From contig NC_068991.1 in NCBI RefSeq assembly GCF_001194135.2, positions 56,020,871-56,084,870 of the forward strand: a stretch of 64,000 nucleotides of DNA, written 5' to 3'. The translations under genes were made by a program, and so were the position numbers. Positions 13,001 to 25,000 of the stretch are shown in pieces; position 1 is the first letter of the stretch; every line of letters begins with the position of its first letter. The notes under the pieces are model-generated. The model had not been told where the DNA came from. It was given only the letters and a program-made list of their open reading frames with translations, and did no database searches. Source of the DNA: Octopus bimaculoides (Eukaryota).

Positions 13001-16000
13001 GTGGATGGGGATGATTGAGTTGGGTCTGGAAGAGGTAAAAATAGTAATGTCAGAGTGAGCCCTCAAGGTGTGAGGGTCTAGAAGTGAATAGAGACAGAAG
13101 GTGCAGAAGTTTGGGTGGGTAGAGGTTGTAAGAGTGAAAGACAGGGAATGAGTGAAGGGTGAATATAATGAGTGTGATGAAAGATAATAAGTTGTGGAAG
13201 TAGGGAAGATTAGGTGATAACTGTAGAAATTGGACTGAGGGGTAGAATTGTGGGTAAGGTGTGTGTGTGGGACGCATGGGTGAAGAGCAGCAGAATTATA
13301 ATGATGTTACAGTACAGGGGAAAGATATGAGAGAGAAAGAGAGAGATGATATGTGGTTTGGTGGGTTGCGAGTGGGGTAGGAGAGGTGTGGTGCATGGGA
13401 GAGTGAGATATTGTGATAAAGAAGGAGAAATAATTTGGTGGCTTGATAAAGCGGGGGGGGGGGGGGGGGTGCCTTGTCTGGTACATGAAGCATATGATCT
13501 ATGGGGTGATGGAGAAAGTCACAAAAGTGTGAAGTTGAGGCTTTTTTACTTATCAGGAAAGAAAAGTAAGAAAGATTTTTGGCATAGGCTGTCGGGGTGG
13601 GATTAGATGGACTCCTTGCGAGCAAGCAAGCAAGCCTCAAAATTCCATGAGAGAAGCAAGTGAACCTCACACTTGTATGAAAGAAAGATTATTAAAGAGA
13701 ACAAGAACATATTGGTGAGAACATGAGTATATTAAAGAGGAAGCAAAAAAGAAAAGAGCAGCTTTAGCACATTAGAATTTAAAGTAGTGACTAGTTGTAG
13801 TAAAATCAAAGATAGGAAAGCAGAAATTTGTTGCTTATCTTGGTGACCTTTACGCACTTTGTTTTGTTGCCATACAAAAAAAAAAAAAAAAAATGAAAAT
13901 AACACTTTAAAAGTTATAGCTTTAGCTGGAGAAATATAAGATATGGACTCCAAATATTTGTGAGTTATAAGCTATGTTAGTTATGCCTTAGAAAAAATGC
14001 TGAAATCATGATATGATAAACATCATGAAAGTAGTTGAAACTTCCAAGAGTACCAGTTTGATTGCCATTGGCTAGGTTTGTGCCTTGGTGTGCCATTTCG
14101 AGAACCATTACTCTTGTCTTATTACCTCTACCTTAGCGAAGGCGGAGGTATTGCTTGCGGTTGTGTTTGTTTGTCTGTGCACAAGATATCTCAAGAACTG
14201 GTGGATGAATTTGGATGAAACTTTCAAGGATGTTTGGTCTTGTGACTGGCATGAACTGATAAGATTTTAGGATTGATCTGGTACTGGACAATGATTCTGG
14301 ATTATTTTTCCTGTTTTTTTGCTTAATTTTTGAGAGCAGTTGGGTTCATTTTTAGTATTCTCATTTGTGAGAGCAGTTGAGTTTATTTCAGACATTCTCA
14401 TTTTAAAATTCATCTCTGACTAATCATTGAGAGGATGTTGGTGTTGCCTTGGTGGAGGTTTGCGCTCTCTGAGTGCTCGTTATAATTCATTTATAGACTT
14501 AATTAGCATAGTGTAGTCTTCAACTGGAGAAAATGTTACGTGGCTTGTATATGAAGCTGGTGAGTGGTGTTATATTGAGCATATCAAGCAAGCAGTGCTT
14601 ATCAAGTGTGTTGTCTGGTGTCTGAATGAGAAAAATAATGTTTTAATTTTGTTTACCTGTTTAACCATTCTTAAATAAATTTATATACTTCTTTCTTTTT
14701 CCAGACAATGTGTGCTATTGAAGCTCAGTTAGAAAGTATGATGGGGACTTTTCATTGTAAATTAAAAGGTATGTTGAAGGATGTTTTAAAGAATTGATTT
14801 TTGTCAAAAGCATTTTGCTTGTGAAAAATTGCAAAAGATGTATAAAATCCACTTTTTATTATGACATGATAGTAAAAAAAAGCTCTACAGAAGGAAGAAG
14901 TGACGCAACACACTGTAAAACACTTGAAACATTTAGCAGTACCCCAGTATGAACACAGCCAACTCGACAGAACTATTGTTCTGTCTTTGACTTTCATATG
15001 AATGACAGAGAATGTGAATTGTAAACATGCATCTAATGAAAGAGGAAGAACTCATTGTTATTTATATGTTTCTATGTATATATTTATTGCCCACAAGGGG
15101 CTAAACATAGAGGAGACAAACAAGGACAGACAAAGGGTTAAGTCGATTACATTGACACCAGTGCATAACTGGTACTTTATTTATTGACCCTGTAAGGATG
15201 AAAGGCAAAGTCAACCTCGGTGGAATTTGAACTCAGAACGTAACGGCAGACGAAATACTGCTATGCATTTCGCCCGGCGCGCTAATGTTTCTGCCAGCTC
15301 GCCGCCTTCTATGTATATATGTTTCTATGTTTAGTGTGTCATTTGACTCTCTGGTTTTAGGTATTTATCAACTTGCTGTAATTACATGAAATTGAACTTG
15401 AACTGTTGTTTATAATTGTAGATAATTACTGTTAATTCTAAAATGAAGGTTCAAGTAAAATTTGAGGAAAATAAGCAGGCTTTATACTAGGAGAACTGGT
15501 TGATGTTGCTTGCTCCATACCTGGTTTGATAAAGCAGACATACTCGAAGGTGTTCCAGCTGAGACTATCCTGTCCTTTTATGAGCAAAATTATATATATG
15601 GGATTACATTATCTCAAGTGACTTTTTTTTTTATGATGATGGTAGCGTGTGATTTAAAGATATAGCTACTATTTTTACCAGATCAAGCAAGTGTAGAAGT
15701 CCATTTGTTGGCTTGAATTTGATGATTAGCTACAGGTTACTTCTGAAGAAGTAACTCTGTGATCAGTGTCATTCCAGTTGTGACCTTCTTGTCTATTTTT
15801 TAGACTGTATCAGTGACGACAATATTTAATTTATTCTGTTATTTCTGATACATACTGGGTATGTATTAAAATTATTGTTAGATATAGGAAAACAGATTTT
15901 AAATCCTCCACCACATGTAGCGAAAATCCTGATCTATATTAAGTTTATAAACTCCAATTATTATATATGGTCCTTTAAATTTATGAAGACCAATGAATAA

Positions 16001-19000
16001 AAGATTTCAGCATGGCTTTGTTGATTTTATACTTGTTAATTTATGTCATCAAAAAAATAGCTGAGTAATTCTTATTGGTTAAAAATAAAGTGTGAAAACA
16101 GTGTAGTGGCGAGATATCTGAATGAATAAAGTATTGAGCTAACAGTTTGTAAATGATAGACAAAATTATATCTACAGTTGGAGATTATTGCTTGTAGGCA
16201 AAAATACTTTGTCTCCCATGTCTCAGTTCATCAGAAATAGAAAATATATTGTAGAGGAAAGATACCCGCAATAAGATTGGTACCTTAAGCAGTGTGGCAG
16301 AGTATATCTCCCATCTTCCTAATACAAGAAAATCCTGGCTTTAACTCCTGTAGCACTTAGAAAGATTTCAACAAAGATTTGAAGAGAAACCTATCAGAGA
16401 GAGAGATTGCTTGCATGTGTGTGTGTGTTTGTGTTTGTGTCATATCTTGGTTTCTGAGTTTTCGATCAATAGTCTTAGAGTTTTGTCAAATCTCAAGTGG
16501 AATTCATTAAGATGCATCAAAATATGACTTTATATTTTCTTTCACTTTCTCCAAATAAATGCCATAATGCTATTTTTAATGAACCGTCTCTCTCCCCTCC
16601 TACCTCTCATACATGTTTGTTGACTTTAATGTGACTATTTAATCAATATTTTCTATTGTTTTTTCATATTTTTAAAATTAATTTATTATTCATGACATTT
16701 TCTTGAACTCTGTTAAATGTGCCTGAGGTAAACTTCTTGTCAGACCATCTGCATCTCATTGTATTTTAGTCTCCATCTTAAATTGAATTCATTTTCATAT
16801 TTACTTTTAAGCAATTTTTGGAATTATGTGTGCGTGTTGATGTTATTACTTTTGTCTTTATCTAAAATCTATTTATCAAAGGAAATGATTCTAAGAATTT
16901 ATACCTGTCATTGGAGGCACCAATTTGAAAGTCTTGTCAGTTGGATTTTAATGCTATACTTGTTGATTGATTTCAACAAAAGAATTAACAAAAGCTTATA
17001 GTTACTTTGAATGGAATAAAATGACTATTTCTAGGCTATGTGATGAGATAGGGCTTATAAACAGATATAAAATGAGATACTGTATTAAAGACCTATCCAA
17101 CCATACTAACATAGAAAAATGAACACTAAAATGATGATGTAGGGGATTTGGAGGCATTTGATCTTATGGTCAAACTTGATAGTCAAACTTGCCTCAGCAT
17201 GCTTGCAGCCTAGTGACTGAAACAAATAAAAGATATAGATACTGCCACTAACAACTGTCATATCTGATCTCTCCTTCTCTTTGTATTTGTCTTGTATATA
17301 TTTTATCAACCCTGGAAGGCTGAAAAGCAAAGTTGATCTAGTTTTCTCATTCTCTCTCATAATTGCAATTCACTATCTAAAGAGAAATATTTGTAATCAT
17401 TGTTTAAAATTGGTTTGTTGTTCTCCCTTGTTCTTATCTCATTATCAAAGCTGAGAATAAAATCTCACACATACCCATTTACCCTTCACATACGTTGCTG
17501 ACAAAATTACAGCTGTCATCACACTCTAACACCCCAAATAACTGTGCTTGTGATCTGATAACTTGCTAACTGACGGCACTGACAATATTTGGTATATTTG
17601 TTGTTTGAACAGTAGCAACAGTTTAGCCAAGCTTTCTGATCATTATAATTATTTTACCTTTTTAGTGTTACTTATAATTGATTTGTGTGGAGATATATAT
17701 ACAACTTCTGATTATGTCTGTGTGTGTGTGTGTGTTTTAAATTATAGAAGCTTTAGCAATGTTTGTTTCTTATGCTAAAAAGCACTTTGGGACAAACCCA
17801 TAGATTTTAGCCATCACTGCATGTGTAAACTAATGCATTGCACAGTTGCAAATAACTATCAAGTTTCACTGTAGACAGAAAAAGTGAAATTGGCTGTACT
17901 GTAGATTTTACTAGTGGCTTTAAATATAATTTCACATTGGTCATCTAAAAGAAGGATCAGTGACCTTCAGTTGTCTGAGTATGGGTGCACAGATCAATTG
18001 AATTAATCAAGATTGGTGAATGATTAACAATGATTTACCTGTGTGCAATCTCTGTCAGTTTCACTAAGCATATTTCATTTTGAACATGTTGATGTTTTTA
18101 TTTTTATCTTTATATTTTTCTCTTTTTTTTAATGCTTGTTAAAATAGTAGACTTCCTTATAACCTGCTATAATAGGTAAAAAAAAATATTGAGAAGTATT
18201 CCAGCTATGACTACCAAGTCAGTATATTACTTAATAGCATTTTAGAATTGGCAAAGATTGGTCCCATAGAATTGGTGCTGTATCCCACATGTTTTGACTA
18301 CAATAAATTGTGCACTACCCAGCATGCCGTGGCTTACACACAATACATTACGACATCACACAACTTACCCTAATTACTATACTTTCGAAAATATGTACAT
18401 ATAGGCTCAATATTATGTATATTCTATATGCACATACATACACACCTTCATACAAAGCTTACTCTTCATTACCAGCATCACCTCCCACACATGCTTGCAA
18501 AGTTCCCCCAAACTAGAAACCCTGTAATCCCATCCAGTGGCTAATACTGGCAATGTTGACCCACAAGAGAATCAAGCCACCCACCCCTACACAGCATACC
18601 CTGATTGCCTTATGGACCCCAGAAAATATTTTCCGACTGTTTCACTATATCCAGTCCCCTTTACCCTCTCTGCCACTATATACAATATACTCTGAAAGAT
18701 ATGAAGACACAATCCATATCAAAAAATTTAAAGAGCTCTTCTGGTTGAGTTTGTAACTACAGTCCTATCACTTCACCAAACAGAACATCCACATCGACAA
18801 ATAAAAATAGAAAATCCTAAGAATCTGTCAGAGCATAAACCATTCTTTTCTTCCTCCCTTCCTTGTCTTTATTTCATTTATATTCACCTTCAGAAAATGA
18901 AAGTATTGCATTTTGGCCTTCCATACAGAAGGTTGATGTCATTAATATCACACAACCTGTATTTGTCAGTTGTGATGGAAAAGCACAACTGGAAAGATTT

Positions 19001-22000
19001 TTGCAGCCTACACAAGTGAAATTCAAAGGTCATTTTCAAAATTACTCTTTGTTTTGTAAAAGCATTTGAGAATTTTTCAATGCAATTATGACTCTGACTA
19101 AATTCCCTCCTTCCCTCTCTTCATAATTGTAAAAAGTCAGCATAAATTATAGATGGAATATTTTTTCTGAGATTACATTGAGTGTAATTAACGATACATA
19201 TTCTACATGAATCCTACACAAATAGTGTGTGTGTGTGTGTGTGTGTATGATGGCAGTAAACTGGCAGAATTATTACTATTGGTTGAAGTACCTTGTGTAA
19301 TTTATTTTGGCTCTTTGTTTTATGTTCTAAGTTCAAATCTTGTAGAGACTTAATTTGCCATCTATCCTTAGATGAAGTATCACTCATGTGACGGGATGTA
19401 AACTTCTTTTCTAGCTATCACAGCTTGGACATTTTTGGGGGTCAAAAATGGGAAGGTTGAGTAGGTGCCTGTGTCTACACTCTTATAAATAAGTGAAGTA
19501 AACAGCTGTATAGGATTTACTGAAAATCTCTTGTAAAATAATTCTAATATATGTATATATAACCTTTCAGAGAGGTGTCTCACCAGTGCATTATTCAACT
19601 ATATCTCACATTTAAAGAACAATAATATTAAGAATTATATAGTTAATGGGTCTGTTATAAAACACATTTCCCTACATTAATAGTTCCAGAAGTTGTGATC
19701 CCTGCTTGATCCTCAACAGCTACAATGGTATTTTGTAACTGTTGAGGATGTGGCTCATCTTCTAGGCTGTAGTTTCTGGCACGGAATTTCTGGAACCACT
19801 GTTGACGCTGGTTTATGCTTACTGTCCAATCCCCATATACTACATTAATATTCCTCACACTTTCCGTTGTGTCGTTGCCTTTATTGAACTCATAAAGCAA
19901 AATATGTCAAATATGCTCCTTTGTCACTTCCATTATAGCTATGAATAAATAACTGTTAAAATCGAACTGCACTCTTCAAAACTTGCACTAAGAATAAGTC
20001 AAGGTAAAATTACTACCTGCCTTTATAGCAAGTTTATCCCATCCATCTCCAACTTTTAGTTTGTGCAATTGAAAAAACTTGCATCATTTATGGGATGACC
20101 CAATATTTGTCATCAAAATTTTCATCACACTAACTGCAACTAGGTCACTGACACAGTTCTATTGTAGCTGGTAGATATATACGTGTGTGTGTACATACAC
20201 AATCATAGTTTAAGTTAAGCATGGAAAGAAAGACAACAGCCATGACCTTTTTCAGAGACCATGCATATTATGTTATTGCGAGTTTATCAATGGTTATGTC
20301 CTCTGTGAGTGGTGATGACTATGCCACCTCTGTCCCTGGCTCATTTGAGTGAGGTCATTACTGTCATCAATGCAATGTTTTATGTTTTCACCTGGCATAC
20401 TGACAACTGATTGATGTTGTGTTGTCACTCTCTCTCCCTCTCTCGTGTCACTGCTGCTTTATGTTGTGAATTTAAATTGCTACAATGTCATTGCTGTTTG
20501 GTTTGTGTGTATGTGCACTTGTGTGTGTGATTTGGTAGATGGTCGGCACTGTTTAGTGTGTATGTATATGTGTTTGTGTATGTTTTGTTAGCAATATGTT
20601 CTGATGAAACTATCCCTTACTATTCTGTATTTTAATTCTTTGTTTAATTCTATGTCAATAAAAAAATAAATAAATAAAAATTAAAAAAAACTAACAAACT
20701 AAAACAACCAATGATGGTGTCAGTATTCCACTGGATGTATTCACGAAGTATTGATAATGTTGAGCTTTGAATTAGTTAAAGTGTAATCTTGGGTGTAAAT
20801 TGAGTAATAAAATTGATGGACATTCTACATTTTTTCTGCTTCTGTGCCTGTATCATGCATATGATGTTGTATGGTAGTAAAACACAAGTAGTTCAAAATC
20901 AATGGTACTACAGTGACTGAAAATAAACAAATTAATTTTATTTTATTGGATGTGTAATGTGAACCCTGGAAATAATTGAATATTGTTGAGGAGGAGATAT
21001 GTGACTAGAGAGATAATGATGTTTGTACAGTTTTACATCTATTCTTTCATGCTTGCTTGCAAAAGTTAGAATGTTTTTCTTTTGTTTGAACTATTGATTT
21101 TGTTGTAACAGCTGGATGCTCATCCTCCTGTTACCTGTCCGGTGTATTTTCATAAGTTTGTCCTACACATTCATGCTTGTTTTCAAACTTTTAGTTAGTT
21201 CTTGTGTCATATGTTCCGAATTATATAAAGCTTTCTTTTCATAAGTCCCAAGTGGTGGTTGAAAAAAATTGGGATTGTCTATCATATATGAAGCGTGGAT
21301 GCTAAGAAATGTGTCCTATGTATCACATGTAATACACAGGACATGCAAAGGCATGGATGATGTACTTGAGGTTAAAATTTGGGGCTACTTATCACATAAT
21401 AATGAAATCAAATATTGAAGTCAGTGAGTTATGCAACCAGAGTAAGACCTAACAACACCTCTCTCTTGCTTCTTGGCTGACATATGTTCACTTCATTAAT
21501 AGAACAGTAAACAAATAGAAAAATTTGCATGTAGTGAGAAAACGATGCAAAAAGGATCTGAGAAGAATAGAGAGTTGATAGTGGATGGTGCTTGAGGTAA
21601 TTATCATAGTAGAACAAGGATAAACAATATCATTTAAAAATAAAGCTTCAAAGATATTTTAATAAGCAAGGGAGCGATATTAGTGGTGAAGAGGACCTCT
21701 ATAGTTCATTTGAAGTGGCTGTTAAAAATTTAAGAAAATAAAAATATATTTAAAAAATGATGATTCCTGATGGTGGTACATCACTATATTGAGATTCACT
21801 ATAGAACAATTCCTCTCAAGAAGCAACTAAGCTCTACAGTGAAGTCAGGTTCTGAAGTGAGGTGTACTGAAGGCTCATTCAGTCTAAGAGAAGACCAACA
21901 ACAGTATGGTGAGGATGGTTGTTAGGCTAGCTATGATGGCAATGATAATTATTTTGTTTACTCCTGTTAGTATATTTATTTTATTGTTTTGTTTTCACTA

Positions 22001-25000
22001 TTGAGTAATCTGTTTCCTTTTATATTTTTATTCTCATTATTTAGGAATGGCTGGTTTCGCACGCCTCTGTGCAGGAGATGTATTCGAAGTTACTATGCGC
22101 TATGGTACTCAGAAATGGAAAGCAAAAGGCAAAATAGAAAAGGATGGTTCTCAGCGATGGGATCTTCCAGATTTTGTATTCAAGACATTGGTTGGAGACA
22201 TCATTAGCTTAAAGGCAAGTGTAGTACATGCACATATGTACATGTGCATAAATATACCATATTTGATGGTATATTAGCTCTTTTTTCAAAAACAATTTAA
22301 AAAAAAATTCACCCTGTATCCTATGTGATGAAACTAGGCCTCTTGTAAGCTTTTTTTCCGAATATGCGCTGCTGAAATCGGGGTTGATTTGCCTGTGAGT
22401 TTTGTATGTCATCATATACAGTACTTAAAAGGCAGCACAATTTCACAAATATTCAAATTCAAACATGTTCATATTTACACATGAACACATATATGCTGTC
22501 ATTTGCTCAAACACACACTCACACATAAATAAAATAAATGGTTCTTTGCTAGTTTTATCAATGAATATTGCAGTTGTTTGATCAACTGAAATACTTATTC
22601 ATTGACTTATAATGTTAATAACAGACTATGCCACAGCGTGTTGTACATTTAATGTAAGTCGGAGGCAGAATCAGTATGACAAAGTGTATGACATAGCTGG
22701 TCCTTTGATTTATGGGGGGAGCCCATCTGATGGGGTTCCACTGTTTCTGTCCACCCAGTTTAACTCAAAAGGCTTGGATCTACTTGAGGTTATCATAAAA
22801 GATGCTTGTTCAAGATGCCATGTATTGATCAACCCTGAGACCTCATGATTGTGAAATAAACTTCTCAAACACTCAGTTGTATCTGTGTGTGTGTTGCATG
22901 CATGAGTAATTATATAGACATACATACATTGTTTATTTGTAACAATTTTCCAAATCCAGACCATTAAAGTTAATTAATTTTATTATTACAATAATTCTTA
23001 AAGATGTCTCTTCTGTTTTATTTTATTTACACATATACAGGCAGTGGAATTACGGAGTCTTAAATCTGTTTTGTTGGGAGAAAAGAAATGTGAAACCAAA
23101 GATTTATTCTCAGCTAATCCACAGATGATGACTGTTAGTATCAATCCAAATGGCTCTCTGAAACTCAGCATCATAGTAACATGGAAGTAAGACAATTTTT
23201 TTTTTTTTTTTACTTATTTTCATTATCAAATCTGTTCCTCCATATATAAATTATTCTTGCTGTTAGGATTTTCTGTCATATACAAAGGTCAAGTTTGTTA
23301 TCTGTAAAACAGGGCTTTGTAACTTAGCAGAAGGAATCAGGTTTGTTTATCATCATCATCCCTAAAAGTCATCATCTGAATAATATATAATACAAGTATG
23401 CCTTCTTGGTTATGATATCTATATAGGTTTTTCATTTGGGGAATGTTTCTGTGAGAGAGTGTGTGTGTGTGTGTGTGTAGGAAGGTTAAGAGGGAAACTA
23501 ACTTTTGTATTTGGAAAGTGCACAGGTACAATAAATGCTGAAAATGTGCAGAAAATAGACTCCATCAGTTGCCAGAGCAGGGCAAGCTAGAGGTAGAAGA
23601 TAGCTTAGATGGCTTCTGTTATCTAGGTGACCAAGTTATTGTTGTTCTACCTTATTTGAAATTGATATTAGAGGTATGATTGCATGATAGAATCATTGGC
23701 ACTTCAAATAAAAATGGATTTAATTAATTTTGTGTTTGCATAGATAAGTATAAAAATATTCTTTGATTTATTATATGCCAAATAGATTTTGTTATGATAT
23801 TTTCATAAAATTTAGATCTCAAGCTGAATTATATGCCACTGAAGTAATTTTCTTTGAAACATCTTCACTTTTCAGTCCATTGGAAGGTGTGGATGAAAGT
23901 CTAATAATTTATGAAGTTCCACAACGCACTCAAGACACGCCACGACGTCGACCGGTCTCTGCATTAGCAGTGAATGGACAGTACTCTCAATTGGTAGGTC
24001 TCTTACTGCTAAGAATGTGAACTTTTTTATCATCAACTCCTAAAAATACTATTCTGTAGATCTCTGCACCTGTTGCTAAATCTTGAACAGTGCAAAACTG
24101 TACTTCAGTTAGGCTGTTGTTGTTTTTTTTTTTTGTGGGGTGGGATCAAAAGCTGGAACTAAGCATTCTTCTGTGTAAAATTTTTAATGAAAACTTCTTG
24201 TCAGAACACTTCCTGTTTGCACCATGTTTGTTTATCATTTGCATTTTATCAAGTAAATTTCTCTGGATTTATGCTCCCTTCAAGTTTTGAGCTTAATACC
24301 AGTTAATGTCTCAAGGTGTTATTATCTATTATTCATTTACTGATGATTTGATTAGGAAATTGATCCCCAGGAATCAACATCTTGTAAATATACGTGGAAC
24401 ACATAAATTTAACTGTATTCAACCTTGGCAGTTGAAAGAATATAGCAACAGGAAAAAAATCAATGATAAGTAAAAGCTACATTAACATTGCACACCAATG
24501 ATAATTGTATTGTATCAGCAAATTTCATCCAAGTTCATGCAATGGATAAGTTTTTATTATTTTATACTGGATTACTGTATTTTGTCAAAATTTAGTTAGT
24601 AAGAAATTCATATAAAAAAACAATCATTTTCTTCTCATGCACCCATCTTAGATGGAACCTACTAAAGGTTATTCATTGAAGAAAACAAAATCATATGCAA
24701 CACAAAATGATTAAGAATATTAAAATTCATATAAGGGTATTAAAATTTTGTAAAAATATTTTAATCCCACTAGGAAAAAGAAGTATATATTCTTGAAGTA
24801 ATCAGCATTGCCTTCTAGCATAAAAATGGCTTATACATTGTCCTTGTCAACTTGTAAGAGTTAATCTCAGCTAAAATTAGGTACTCAAAATAAGTACTTC
24901 ACCCTTCTTATTTACAGGTGAATTAAAAAATTCATCCAATTTTAAAAGCATCCATTCTCACGTGAATAAAAAATAAGTTATGTAAAAAAATAAAAGAAAC

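Noticed and set aside
12900-13750. G-rich strand-biased stretch with several ORFs and a G run at 13454-13469 (similar C-rich stretches at 18330-18860 and 33950-34280)
   Set aside because: Probably very old LINE debris. No diagnostic motif recognised, and a single G run is weak evidence for a functional quadruplex.
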